Below are positions 7,322-16,841 of a stretch of DNA of 38,807 nucleotides, in pieces (position 1 is the first letter of the stretch; the number at the start of each line of letters is the position of its first letter). The DNA is taken from contig JACQQR010000267.1 in NCBI GenBank assembly GCA_016206875.1, forward strand, positions 1-38,807. Direction: 5' to 3'. The position numbers were made by a program, and so were the translations under genes. Under the pieces are notes generated by a model that made no database searches, was not told the DNA's origin, and saw only the letters and a list, made by a program, of their open reading frames with translations. The stretch comes from Candidatus Omnitrophota bacterium. Lineage in GTDB: Bacteria > Omnitrophota > Omnitrophia > Omnitrophales > JACROU01.

Positions 7322-8959
7322 ATGGTTCGTGATGCGTTTGAAAGTCAAGGGGGGCACGTAAAAGTTTATCTGGAGGAAGGGGAAGAGGCAAAATTAAAAG
7401 ACGGTTCGATTTATGAAGGCACCTTTCGCAGTTTTCAAGAAGGCGAAATTGTATCCGGGGTTGTGGTTGCGATTCATAATAATAAGAAAGAGGTGTTGGT
7501 TGATTTTGGCTATAAATCCGAAGGCATTTTGAAATTGGATGAGTTTACTGAGCCTTCCACTATCCAAATTGGCATGACATTGGATGTGCTTTTGGAAAGC
7601 CGCGAAGATGATGAAGGCATGGTGATTGTTTCCAAGAAAAAAGCGGATCGAATGAAATGTTGGAATGAGCTGTTTTCCAACATGAAAGAAGGGGATGTAG
7701 TTGAAGGCCGTATTTTCAAAAAAGTGCGCGGCGGTTTTATGGTAGATATCGGCATGGAAGCTTTCCTCCCGGCCAGCCTGGTCGCATTGAAACCCACCAA
7801 AAATCCAGACCAGTTTCTGGGGCAGACCTGCAAATTCAAAATTGTGAAAATGAATTCAAAAAGAAAAAATGTGGTGTTGTCGCGCAAAGATTTTCTTGAG
7901 AACGAGAAAGCCGAAGCGCGCACCAAAATGCTCGGCACCATTCAAGTGGGCCAGGTGGTTCGCGGGCGTGTTAAAAACATCACTGATTTCGGCGCGTTTA
8001 TTGATTTGGGCGGAGTAGATGGCCTGCTGCACGTGACCGATATGAGCTGGGGCCGTATTTCTCATCCCTCTGAAGTCGTGACACTGAATCAAGATCTGGA
8101 TTTGATGGTCATTGGATTTGATCCGGATACGCACAAGATTTCTCTGGGCCTGAAACAACGTCAGCCCAGCCCGTGGGATCATGTGGCTAAAAATTATCCG
8201 GTGAACACGCGGGTGCGCGGAAAAGTGGTGAACATTTTGCCTTACGGCGCTTTTGTCGAAATCGAGAAAGGCGTGGAAGGCTTGGTGCACATCAGCGAGC
8301 TTTCCTGGACACGCCGTGTGGCTCATCCTTCCGAAATGCTCAAGATTGGCGATCAGGTGGAGTGCATCGTGCTTTCTTGCGATAGAGAAAATAAAAAGAT
8401 TGCGCTCGGAATCAAGCAAATCGAATCGAATCCCTGGCTGGATGTGGAGCAAAAATACCACGCGGGTGATGTGATTGAAGGAAAGGTGAGAAACCTAACC
8501 GATTATGGTGTTTTTGTGGAATTGGAGCCGGGTATCGGCGGCTTGGTGCATGTGTCTGATATATCTTGGTTTAAGAAAATCAATAATCCCGGGGAACTGT
8601 TTAAAAATGGAGATGGCTGCAAAGTGAAGATTCTTTCCATTGATGCAAAAGAGAGAAAAATTTCGCTGGGTATTAAGCAGTTGTTTGAAGACCCCTGGCA
8701 AGAATTGCCGGCTCATTTGGCTGTCGGAGCCACCGTCTCCGGCAAGGTAACCAAAATAGTCAATTTCGGGCTTTTTGTGGAATTGCCCGGTGGTTTTGAA
8801 GGATTAGTTCATATTTCCAAAGTGGGGGAACTTGGGGGCAAGAGTCTTGAAGAGACCTTCAAAGTGGGCCAAAATCTTGAGGTGGGCATTCTTAAAATTG
8901 ACGAAGAAAACCGCAAGATTGCGCTGACGCTTACCAAGGAAGTATTCGCAGAGAAGTGA
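7322..8959 (+). CDS. rpsA: 30S ribosomal protein S1
   Basis: It contains six tandem S1/OB repeats (recurring G.V....V..I..FGAFV.L..G..GL.H.S). I chose the ATG at 7322, which has GGTGGA/AAGGAAGG upstream; the GTG at 7310 abuts the SD. Confidence 0.93.
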   Translation: MVRDAFESQGGHVKVYLEEGEEAKLKDGSIYEGTFRSFQEGEIVSGVVVAIHNNKKEVLVDFGYKSEGILKLDEFTEPSTIQIGMTLDVLLESREDDEGMVIVSKKKADRMKCWNELFSNMKEGDVVEGRIFKKVRGGFMVDIGMEAFLPASLVALKPTKNPDQFLGQTCKFKIVKMNSKRKNVVLSRKDFLENEKAEARTKMLGTIQVGQVVRGRVKNITDFGAFIDLGGVDGLLHVTDMSWGRISHPSEVVTLNQDLDLMVIGFDPDTHKISLGLKQRQPSPWDHVAKNYPVNTRVRGKVVNILPYGAFVEIEKGVEGLVHISELSWTRRVAHPSEMLKIGDQVECIVLSCDRENKKIALGIKQIESNPWLDVEQKYHAGDVIEGKVRNLTDYGVFVELEPGIGGLVHVSDISWFKKINNPGELFKNGDGCKVKILSIDAKERKISLGIKQLFEDPWQELPAHLAVGATVSGKVTKIVNFGLFVELPGGFEGLVHISKVGELGGKSLEETFKVGQNLEVGILKIDEENRKIALTLTKEVFAEK

Positions 8960-8977
8960 TGTGAAAATTGGGTTGTG

Positions 8978-9037
8978 AAAATTGGGTCACACCTATTCTT
9001 TACATAATGTAAAAAATAGGTGTGACCCAATTTTTTT
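8978..9037 (+). terminator. Long palindromic intrinsic terminator after rpsA
   Basis: AAAATTGGGTCACACCTATT pairs with AATAGGTGTGACCCAATTTT. The loop is itself palindromic (TTTACAT/ATGTAAA). A T7 run lies at 9031-9037. Confidence 0.75.
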
Positions 9038-9051
9038 CAATTGTTTCCTTT

Positions 9052-10284
9052 ATGCCTTCAATTCGCGATCAAATCCAAATTTGTAAACGAGGCGCCGTCG
9101 AAGTCATTTCCGAACGGGACTTGGCTGAGAAGCTTGAACTTGCCGAAAAAAAACGCGCGCCGCTGCGTATCAAATACGGAGCCGATCCTTCGGCCCCGGA
9201 TATTCATTTAGGCCATACCGTAGCGCTGAGAAAATTGCGTGAGCTCCAGGACGTGGGCCATGTTGTGGTGTTTATTATTGGAGACTTCACGGCGCGCATC
9301 GGAGATCCTTCAGGCTCCAACGAAACCCGCAAAACAAAAACCGAAACAGAAGTCGCCCAAAACGCGCAAACCTATCAAGACCAGGTGTTTAAAATTCTTG
9401 ACCGGAAAAAAACCGAGGTGCGGTTCAATTCCGAATGGCTTGACCGCATGAAGCCCAATGATTTTCTTGCGCTGACCTCTCATTACACCGTAGCGCGCCT
9501 TCTCGAGCGCGATGATTTCCAGAAACGGTTTGAGGCTAACCGGCCCATTGTCCTTTTAGAATTTCTTTATCCGTTGCTTCAAGGGTATGACTCGGTGGCG
9601 GTTCGAGCCGACATGGAAGTGGGAGGAACGGATCAAAAATTTAATTTGCTCGTAGGCCGCGAGCTTCAGCGCACTTACGGCCAGCCGGCGCAAGTGGTGC
9701 TCACGCTTCCTATCATTGAAGGGCTGGATGGGGTGCAAAAGATGTCCAAGTCGCTGGGAAACTACATTGCCGTGAATGATTCTCCCAAAGACATGTTTGG
9801 AAAGGTGATGTCCATTCCGGACGCTTTAATGACGCGCTATGCCCAATATGTGACCGGTTGGGATCCGGCCACTTTTGAAAAATTTAAATTGGATTATGAA
9901 AGCGGAATTTTGCACCCGCGCAGTTTTAAAGCCGCCATCGGCCAGAGAATCGTCGGCCTTTTCTACGGCGATGAGAAAGCCGCAGCAGCCCGGGAAGAAT
10001 TCGACAAAATTTTCAAAGAAAAACAAACTCCAAGTGAGGTTCCTGTTTACGAAATCGCCGCTTCCAAACTTGACGCCGGCCATTCTATCAATTTGGTGAG
10101 CCTGCTCGTTGAATGCCGCTTGGCGGAGAGCCGCTCTGAGGCTCGCCGTTTCATTGAGCAAGGGGGAGTGAAAATCGACAATGCCAAAGTCAGTTCCGTT
10201 CAGGACAGGGTCTCACTGGCTCACCCAGTTATGATTCAATGCGGAAAACGCAAGTTTGTCAGGGTCAGGAAACGGGAAGCATGA
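9052..10284 (+). CDS. tyrS: Tyrosine--tRNA ligase
   Basis: It has the HIGH motif (DIHLGH), KMSKS and a C-terminal S4-like domain (SRSEARRFIEQGGVKID). I chose the ATG at 9052 because the GTG at 9022 lies inside the rpsA terminator stem. Confidence 0.92.
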   Translation: MPSIRDQIQICKRGAVEVISERDLAEKLELAEKKRAPLRIKYGADPSAPDIHLGHTVALRKLRELQDVGHVVVFIIGDFTARIGDPSGSNETRKTKTETEVAQNAQTYQDQVFKILDRKKTEVRFNSEWLDRMKPNDFLALTSHYTVARLLERDDFQKRFEANRPIVLLEFLYPLLQGYDSVAVRADMEVGGTDQKFNLLVGRELQRTYGQPAQVVLTLPIIEGLDGVQKMSKSLGNYIAVNDSPKDMFGKVMSIPDALMTRYAQYVTGWDPATFEKFKLDYESGILHPRSFKAAIGQRIVGLFYGDEKAAAAREEFDKIFKEKQTPSEVPVYEIAASKLDAGHSINLVSLLVECRLAESRSEARRFIEQGGVKIDNAKVSSVQDRVSLAHPVMIQCGKRKFVRVRKREA

Positions 10285-11219
10285 ATGCGCCGCTTCTTAA
10301 AGTTAGAAATCTGGTCAAAGAATTTGGAAATTTCAGGGCGGTCTCCGGCCTCACTTTTGATGTAGACTTGCACCAAGTGTTGGGCCTCCTGGGCCCAAAC
10401 GGCGCGGGGAAAACCACCACCCTACGCATGCTTTCCGGTTTTCTCACGCCGACGCAAGGCGATATTTTCATCGCCGGCTGTTCTATGCGCGAACATCCGC
10501 TTACAACGCGCAGCCAAATTGGGTACCTTCCCGAAAGCGTTCCTCTGTACAAAGAAATGAAAGTTTCGGAATATTTAAGTTTCATCGGCGGCTTGCGAGG
10601 CCTTTCCAGGGGCGGCATCAAAAAAGAGCGGGAGCGCTTGCTGGAAGATTTGGAATTGCAAAATGTAAGTTCCCGATTGATAGGGAAATTATCCAAAGGC
10701 TATAAACAGCGGGTAGGCCTGGCCCAGGCCTGGATGGGAAATCCCCGCTTGATTTTACTCGATGAACCTACTTCGGGGCTGGATCCGGAACAAACGGTTG
10801 AAATTCGTATGCTCATTGCAAAGATCAAAGAAACTTCCTGCGTCATTCTTTCCACGCACATTTTGTCCGAGGTGGAAAAAATGGCGGATAGGGTCCTCAT
10901 TTTAAACGAGGGGGCCATAGCGGCTTCGGGAAGCCCGGCTGAGTTAAGCCGCCGCCTGGCCGCCGGTAAGACATTTCGTCTTGCCGTGCGTGGGGCAGAA
11001 GAGAAAATTTTCGAGGTGTTCGATTCTATGCCCGAGATCCTCTCCGCGCGAAAACGTTTTGAAAAAGAAGGGATACTTTATTTCTCCATTCAAACCGGCC
11101 CGGAAAAAGAAATCCAGCCCCAAATAGTTCAACGGTTGGTGCATAACGGGCTCGAACTCATAGAGCTTGCCGAGGAAGAAGCGAAGCTGGAAAAGATTTT
11201 TTTGCAGTTGATACATTAA
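10281..11219 (+). CDS. ABC transporter ATP-binding protein (ABC-2 / GldA-like)
   Basis: It has Walker A GPNGAGKTT, signature LSKGYKQRVGLAQA and Walker B LILLDEPTSGLD. The ATG overlaps the tyrS stop as ATGA. Confidence 0.9.
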   Translation: MNAPLLKVRNLVKEFGNFRAVSGLTFDVDLHQVLGLLGPNGAGKTTTLRMLSGFLTPTQGDIFIAGCSMREHPLTTRSQIGYLPESVPLYKEMKVSEYLSFIGGLRGLSRGGIKKERERLLEDLELQNVSSRLIGKLSKGYKQRVGLAQAWMGNPRLILLDEPTSGLDPEQTVEIRMLIAKIKETSCVILSTHILSEVEKMADRVLILNEGAIAASGSPAELSRRLAAGKTFRLAVRGAEEKIFEVFDSMPEILSARKRFEKEGILYFSIQTGPEKEIQPQIVQRLVHNGLELIELAEEEAKLEKIFLQLIH

Positions 11220-11220
11220 T

Positions 11221-11997
11221 ATGAAAAAACTGGCGATTCTTTACATTCAAGAGCTCAAAAACGCATTTCATTCTTATATTGCCTACATCCTTCTTGCGGT
11301 ATTTATCGCCATTTCCGGATTCTTTTTTGTAACATTGTCCGCTCATTTTTCATTGATTTCACAACAATGGAAGGCCGCACCGGGAATTCCCGAAATGAAC
11401 TTTAATTTAACGGAAATTGTTTTAACCGGACTTTTTGTGAATGTAGCCGGCCTGGCGCTTTTTTTTACTCCGCCTCTTACCATGAGAAGTTTTGCGGAAG
11501 AAAAACGCCAAGGCACGTTGGAACTGTTGCTCACATTGCCTATCAGCGATACGGAAGTGGTGCTGGGCAAGTTTTTTTCGTGTTATACGCTTTTTGTGCT
11601 CATGATTCTTCCGCTTTGGCTGTATCCACTGTTGATTCAACAGGCCGGGGGATATTTTGAATGGGCTACTGTGGCTTCAGGATTTTTGGGTATGCTGCTT
11701 TTGGGGGCTTCTTTTATTTCTTTGGGGATTTTTATTTCTAGCCTCACCACCAGCCAAGTCGTTAGCGCCTCACTCTCCTTCGGGGCATTTCTTTTTCTGT
11801 GGATGGCGGGCAGCTTGGAAAATGTGCCGGAGCTGGAACCTTTAATTTGGCTGGGAAATTTTTCGATGTTGGAGCATTTTAAAAGTTTAGCCAGAGGAAT
11901 TCTGGATTTGCGGGATATCGTCTTCTATCTTTTTTTTACGCTATTTTTTCTTTATGCCACTACAGTGCGGTTGGAAATCAGAAGTTTCAGGCGGTAA
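11221..11997 (+). CDS. ABC-2 type transporter permease (GldF-like)
   Basis: It is a polytopic hydrophobic protein with about six predicted helices, and it starts 1 nt after the ATPase gene. Confidence 0.82.
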   Translation: MKKLAILYIQELKNAFHSYIAYILLAVFIAISGFFFVTLSAHFSLISQQWKAAPGIPEMNFNLTEIVLTGLFVNVAGLALFFTPPLTMRSFAEEKRQGTLELLLTLPISDTEVVLGKFFSCYTLFVLMILPLWLYPLLIQQAGGYFEWATVASGFLGMLLLGASFISLGIFISSLTTSQVVSASLSFGAFLFLWMAGSLENVPELEPLIWLGNFSMLEHFKSLARGILDLRDIVFYLFFTLFFLYATTVRLEIRSFRR

Positions 11998-12002
11998 AAG
12001 AG

Positions 12003-13385
12003 ATGAATCCAAATCATTCAAAAATGAGACGGTGGGGGAAGTTCCATTCAGCCGCTTCGCTCATTTTGCTTGCGGGCATTTTCGTCACATTGTATACGCT
12101 CGCCGCTCATTGGAATATTCGTTATGATTTGACTGATTCCCAGACTTATAGCCTGAGCCCGGTGACGCTTAAGGTGCTTGAAGAAATAGGCGCAGAGCCG
12201 CTTACAATCACCGGATTTTTTCCGGCCTATAGCGGTGATCGGGAAACATTTAAAGAACTCATGAAATTTTATCAGCCACTGCTTCATCAGTTGGATGTTC
12301 AGCTGGTGGACCCGGCCCGTTCGCCTTCGAAAGCGCGGGCATATCGCATTGACGCTTATGGGACGATTGTGATTGAGCTGCATGGACGCCGGGAAAAGTT
12401 TACGGGCGTCGATGAAGAAAAAATCACCAATGCACTGTTGCGCATTCTTCGCAATCAAAGAAAAAAAATTTATTTTCTCTCCGCTCATGGAGAAGCTTCT
12501 ATTTTGGATGAAAAAGCCAAAGGGTTTTCCATGCTCTTTGAGCGTCTTCAGGATGAAAATTATGAAGTGTTGCGCGGTGAATTAAAAGCAATGCCGGAAG
12601 ATACGGCTTGTTTGATTCTCGCCGGTCCGAAAACTGATTTGGAAGAAAACGAGCTTGCTTTATTGGATGCGTATCTGAGAACTGGAGGAGCGATGCTGGC
12701 GCTGGTGGATCCCGTAGACCCGGGCACACTCGCACAGTTTGAAAAATGGCTGAGCCGTTATGGCATTCGATTGGGCGGGGACATTATTGTCGATAAGCTG
12801 GGTAAAGCACTGGGCGCTGATTTTCTCGTTCCGGTCATCACGCAATATGAACGTCATGAAATCACCGAAGACTTTTCCATGACCTGCCTTCTTCCTGTGG
12901 CCAGGTCTGTGGGAGCCAGTGAACCCTTACCCCCCGGAATTGAAGTCAAGCCCTTGGCTTATAGCGGCGTCTCCAGCTGGGCGGAAACGGATTTGGAAAA
13001 TTTGCAACATGGGGAAGCATTTTTAGATCCATCCACTGACCTAAAAGGTCCCGTGCTCATTGCGGCCGCGGCTACGGGGAAGACGAACGAGAAGGATCAC
13101 AAGCCGTGGCGCATTGTGATTTTCGGCGATTCGGATTTTATTTCCAATGCCAATATCAATATTGCCGGCAACCGGGATTTTCTCTTAAGCAGTGTTGCTT
13201 GGCTCGCCGGAGAGAAAACATTAGTCAGTATACGCCACCCCAAAAGGCCCGATACGCCGCTCGTGCTCCAGGCAAAAGACAAACAGATGTTTTTTTGGCT
13301 TCCCGTACTTTACATTCCGGCCGCGATTCTGTGTGCCGGTATCTGGATCAACGGGTTGCGTCGAAAAAATCCTGAAATCGCATGA
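12003..13385 (+). CDS. GldG-like ABC transporter auxiliary protein (ABC_transp_aux type)
   Basis: It has N- and C-terminal membrane anchors. The motifs IYFLSAHGE, LILAGPKTDL..ELALLDAYLRTGGAMLALVDP and IVIFGDSDFISN are typical of GldG-family proteins, and it follows the ABC-2 ATPase/permease pair. Confidence 0.78.
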   Translation: MNPNHSKMRRWGKFHSAASLILLAGIFVTLYTLAAHWNIRYDLTDSQTYSLSPVTLKVLEEIGAEPLTITGFFPAYSGDRETFKELMKFYQPLLHQLDVQLVDPARSPSKARAYRIDAYGTIVIELHGRREKFTGVDEEKITNALLRILRNQRKKIYFLSAHGEASILDEKAKGFSMLFERLQDENYEVLRGELKAMPEDTACLILAGPKTDLEENELALLDAYLRTGGAMLALVDPVDPGTLAQFEKWLSRYGIRLGGDIIVDKLGKALGADFLVPVITQYERHEITEDFSMTCLLPVARSVGASEPLPPGIEVKPLAYSGVSSWAETDLENLQHGEAFLDPSTDLKGPVLIAAAATGKTNEKDHKPWRIVIFGDSDFISNANINIAGNRDFLLSSVAWLAGEKTLVSIRHPKRPDTPLVLQAKDKQMFFWLPVLYIPAAILCAGIWINGLRRKNPEIA

Positions 13386-14776
13386 AAGCCCGCCGGACAC
13401 TTTTTTTTCTTTTTATTTTTTTAGCTGCTTTTTCTCTGCTTTGGTATGTTAATTTCAAGGAAAACGGGCGCAAAGAGGCCTTGTTGAAACTTGTAAAAAG
13501 CAACGCGCTTTTTCAACATCCGATTGGCGATGAAATGAATTATATCAGCATGGAACATCCGCATCAGAAGCCCATAGTGCTTCAAATGGAAAATGGCAAC
13601 TGGAGAATCACCAGCCCGATCCAGGGGCACAGCGACGTCATGATTGCCAGGGGGCTTGTAGCCGCCCTTCGGTTCGGACGCAAAGAAGAAGTGTTTGAGC
13701 CCGAGAATGGGGAACAGGCCGCTTCCTATGGTTTGAAAGACACGGCCTTGCGCATTGGAGTGGGCACAAAAAAATCACATCGGAAACAAACGTTATTGCT
13801 CGGCCGGAAGGCGCCGCTTGGGAATCTTTACTACGCCCGGTGGGAAGGTTCCTCCCAAGTATTTTTAGTTTCAGAAAATTTGAGAAAAGCTTTCGATCGC
13901 TCGCTGGCCGGCATACGAAGACGGCTTGTGTTTGATTTTGCGCCGGACCAGGTTAAAGGTTTTAGGATATCGTTTGCCGGCCATGCCTTTGACATTGTTC
14001 GGGACGGAACCCGATGGAAGTTTTCCGGAAACTCTTCTCACGGCGGTGAGCCGGTTGACCCGGAGCAAGTGGAGGCCTATTTGGATTTGCTGAGGGGCAT
14101 TTCGGTGAGTGAGTTTGTTGACGGCCAGAATGTGAATTGGCGAGATGAGCCTTATGGAATTCGGCTTGGGCAGAATTATGTGAACGTGTATTTTGATGAA
14201 GCAAAACCTCAAATTTTGTGGATCGGATATCCTTCTCGCGAAGTGACGGGCACGTACATTCACATGCAGGGAATTTTCTCTTTGGCCCTCATTTCCTCAA
14301 AAATCGCAAAAAGACTTTCGCGCCCGGCGTCTGAATTTTACGAACGGAGAATTTGGAAAGAACCGAAACGAGTGGAGCGTATTTTGATTCAAACAGGAGG
14401 GCTTCAGCTGGATTTTAGCCGCGCAAGAGCGGGCTGGAGCCGCGGAAAAAATATTCTACTCACAAAAGAACAAAATAAATGGATGGAAAATACAATCGCG
14501 ATGATTCAGGAATTTAAGTACATTTCCTCGTATGAGAGCAATTTAAAAGAGGAGAAAGCAGGCAATGCGGTGTGTGTGGTGAAAGTGTTTTCGTCTGAGG
14601 GCCACTCCCGTGAGCCGGATTTAGAGATTCGAGTGGACGGTGAGACGCCGTTCCACGCCCAGGCTTTTGGCCGGAGGGGCATATCAGCAGGGCAAGAAGC
14701 CCGAAATTATCAAGTCTTCAAACTGGAATCCAAAGACGGAGAAATGCTTTCGGACTTGGTGCGGCATTTGATATAA
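13382..14776 (+). CDS. Membrane-anchored hypothetical protein, probably DUF4340 family
   Basis: It has an N-terminal signal/anchor (LFFLFIFLAAFSLLWYV). It overlaps the GldG-like stop as ATGA. I assign the family from its position after gldG-like genes and its overall architecture, not from a search. Confidence 0.55.
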   Translation: MKARRTLFFLFIFLAAFSLLWYVNFKENGRKEALLKLVKSNALFQHPIGDEMNYISMEHPHQKPIVLQMENGNWRITSPIQGHSDVMIARGLVAALRFGRKEEVFEPENGEQAASYGLKDTALRIGVGTKKSHRKQTLLLGRKAPLGNLYYARWEGSSQVFLVSENLRKAFDRSLAGIRRRLVFDFAPDQVKGFRISFAGHAFDIVRDGTRWKFSGNSSHGGEPVDPEQVEAYLDLLRGISVSEFVDGQNVNWRDEPYGIRLGQNYVNVYFDEAKPQILWIGYPSREVTGTYIHMQGIFSLALISSKIAKRLSRPASEFYERRIWKEPKRVERILIQTGGLQLDFSRARAGWSRGKNILLTKEQNKWMENTIAMIQEFKYISSYESNLKEEKAGNAVCVVKVFSSEGHSREPDLEIRVDGETPFHAQAFGRRGISAGQEARNYQVFKLESKDGEMLSDLVRHLI

Positions 14777-14777
14777 C

Positions 14778-15455
14778 ATGGCAAGTCTTCGGGAAAACAT
14801 CCAAAAATTGAGGAAGGAAATCAGTTCAGTTGCCGTTACTTCTGGAAGGAACCCGGACGAAATCCGGTTCATTCTTGTCAGTAAAACAGTTTCTACGGAT
14901 ACCATCAAAGAGGCTTATGATGTAGGCGAGAGAAATTTTGGCGAAAACCGTGTGCAGGAATTTTTGGCGAAAAAAGACGATTTGCCAAAAGACATACGAT
15001 GGCATTTCATCGGGCATCTGCAAACCAATAAAGTAAAAGAAATTATAGGCTGCACGGCATTGATTCATTCTGTAGACAGTTTGCATTTGGCCAAAGAAAT
15101 AGAAAAAGTTTCGGGCAAACTGAACCGGATCACGGAGATTTTGCTCCAAGTAAATATTTCTCATGAGCCCGAAAAATTTGGATTTAAAGAAGAAGCGCTG
15201 GAAGATGCCGTTTCAGAAATAACGCGCTTCGGCCACATCAAAATTCGCGGGTTGATGGGTATGGGCCCGCTCGGCTCGGATGAAAAAAAAATCAGGGATT
15301 CATTTATTTCATTAAGGAAGCTCAGAGAAAAAATGCAATTTAGTTTTCCGGATTTAGACTGGTCGGAGCTTTCCATGGGCATGAGCGGGGATTACCCAAT
15401 TGCCGTCGAAGAGGGCGCTACTATGCTTCGAATCGGGCGGAGGGTCTTCGGCTAA
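14778..15455 (+). CDS. yggS: YggS-family pyridoxal-phosphate homeostasis protein
   Basis: It has ILVSKTVS (PLP lysine), FGENRVQE, WHFIGHLQTNKVK and LSMGMSGDY motifs. Confidence 0.9.
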   Translation: MASLRENIQKLRKEISSVAVTSGRNPDEIRFILVSKTVSTDTIKEAYDVGERNFGENRVQEFLAKKDDLPKDIRWHFIGHLQTNKVKEIIGCTALIHSVDSLHLAKEIEKVSGKLNRITEILLQVNISHEPEKFGFKEEALEDAVSEITRFGHIKIRGLMGMGPLGSDEKKIRDSFISLRKLREKMQFSFPDLDWSELSMGMSGDYPIAVEEGATMLRIGRRVFG

Positions 15456-15501
15456 GAGGACAGGCGAGGAAAAACAAAGATTTGATAAATAAGGAATGAT
15501 C

Positions 15502-16302
15502 ATGAAGCCTACCATTGGTTTTGTCGGCGCAGGAAATATGGGGCAGGCCATCATACGGGGCATGTTGGCCCGGAAAGTATATTCTCCGTCTCAAATTTGT
15601 GTGTATGATGTACTGAAAAGCAAGGCCAGGGGCGTGGCTCGTGCCCTTCGTGTTCATGCCCTCGAGCATCCGAAGGAATTAGTCCAAAAAGCGGATATTT
15701 TACTTTTGGCCGTAAAACCTCAAAATTTAAGCCAAACTGCATCCGCGCTTGCTCCGTACTTTATGGTGCCTCCTCAACTGATTAGTATTTTGGCCGGAGT
15801 GCCTATACGGGCTATTAAGAAACGTTTGGGTCAAAAAGCAGCGGTTGTACGGGCTATGCCGAATTTGGCCGCAACTGTAGGCCAATCTTGCACAGCCATA
15901 ACGGGAGATAAGCGCTTACTCAGCGAAGCGCGTACGATATTTGAAACTTGCGGTATCGTACTTGAGCTTCCGGAAGAAAAGTTTCATGCCGTAACGGCTT
16001 TAAGCGGGAGCGGGCCGGCCTACTATTTCTTTTTGATGGAACTTGCTATGATAGAGGCTAAAAAATACGGGTTTAGCCCAAAGGAAGCCAGACGGCTGGC
16101 CGTACAAACGGCAAAGGGGGCGGCACTCTTAGCCCAATCGGCGCAAGAAAACCCGGAAGAATTGCGTAAGCAAGTCACCTCTAAAGGCGGCACGACCGAA
16201 GCCGCTTTACAAGTGCTATTCAAAAGAAAGTTTCCTCAGATTTTTTCTATGGCCATTGATGCAGCAGTACAACGAGGCAAACAACTAGAAAAGGCGGTGT
16301 AA
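15502..16302 (+). CDS. proC: Pyrroline-5-carboxylate reductase
   Basis: It has IGFVGAGNMGQAII (Rossmann), RAMPN and TSKGGTTEAAL motifs. The ATG at 15502 has better SD spacing than the one at 15496. Confidence 0.9.
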   Translation: MKPTIGFVGAGNMGQAIIRGMLARKVYSPSQICVYDVLKSKARGVARALRVHALEHPKELVQKADILLLAVKPQNLSQTASALAPYFMVPPQLISILAGVPIRAIKKRLGQKAAVVRAMPNLAATVGQSCTAITGDKRLLSEARTIFETCGIVLELPEEKFHAVTALSGSGPAYYFFLMELAMIEAKKYGFSPKEARRLAVQTAKGAALLAQSAQENPEELRKQVTSKGGTTEAALQVLFKRKFPQIFSMAIDAAVQRGKQLEKAV

Positions 16303-16304
16303 CG

Positions 16305-16601
16305 ATGTTCGTGCTAGCCAACTTTATTAAAGCAATCGCTCTCATTTTACAAACCGTTCTCGACATTTATTTTTGGATCATCTTGATTCGGGCCCTTCTT
16401 TCTTGGGTGAATCCCGACCCGTTGAATCCGATTGTCCGATTTTTAGAACGGGTGACGGAGCCTGTTTTGTCTCCTATCCGGAAGTTGGTGCCTCCGATGG
16501 GGATCGATTTTTCACCGCTCATCGCCGCGTTGTTGATTTATTTTATCAAGATCTTTGTGGTGGGAAGTTTATATGACCTCGGCTTTTCGTTGAGGGCATA
16601 A
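16305..16601 (+). CDS. yggT: YggT family membrane protein
   Basis: It is a ~98-aa two-helix membrane protein with the LLSWVNPDP...P pattern, in the conserved position after yggS-proC. Confidence 0.8.
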   Translation: MFVLANFIKAIALILQTVLDIYFWIILIRALLSWVNPDPLNPIVRFLERVTEPVLSPIRKLVPPMGIDFSPLIAALLIYFIKIFVVGSLYDLGFSLRA

Positions 16602-16613
16602 CGGACAGAAGCC

Positions 16614-16841
16614 ATGAACATTCAAGTGACTGTGAAAACAAAAGCAAAAGTGCAAAAATTGATTGAACTAGAAGAAAATCAATATAGTGCCCACGTAAAG
16701 TCTCCTGCTATTGAAGGCAAGGCCAATCAAGAGCTCGTCCGTCTCTTGGCAGAAAAATTTGGTGTGCCTAAAAGCCGTGTTGAGATTGTGCGCGGCGAAA
16801 AAAGCCGTTTAAAATTGGTGGAGATTCAAAATGAGTTCTAA
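16614..16841 (+). CDS. DUF167 (YggU-like) protein
   Basis: It is 75 aa, with EGKAN.ELV..LA..FGV.KS.VEIV.G..SR.K, the typical DUF167 core. Confidence 0.75.
   Translation: MNIQVTVKTKAKVQKLIELEENQYSAHVKSPAIEGKANQELVRLLAEKFGVPKSRVEIVRGEKSRLKLVEIQNEF

Noticed and set aside
9022-9051. Upstream alternative starts offered by the ORF track: tyrS GTG 9022, trpS TTG 320, rpsA GTG 7310, ABC ATPase 10239, kinase 20702, ParA TTG 24161, STAS 28327 and ParA-like 25395
   Set aside because: These extensions run into terminator stems, repeats or the preceding gene. They add residues absent from the conserved N-termini of the families. The internal ATG or GTG codons give canonical N-termini, and most have better SD spacing.
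15281-15291. Homopolymeric A8-A9 tracts inside coding genes (for example about 15284-15292 in yggS, 35947-35955 and 37506-37514 in ligA, 29503-29510 in rsmH) as phase-variation or frameshift sites
   Set aside because: All are in frame, encode Lys-rich segments of essential housekeeping genes, and show no alternative-frame ORF continuation. They probably reflect Lys AAA codon usage.
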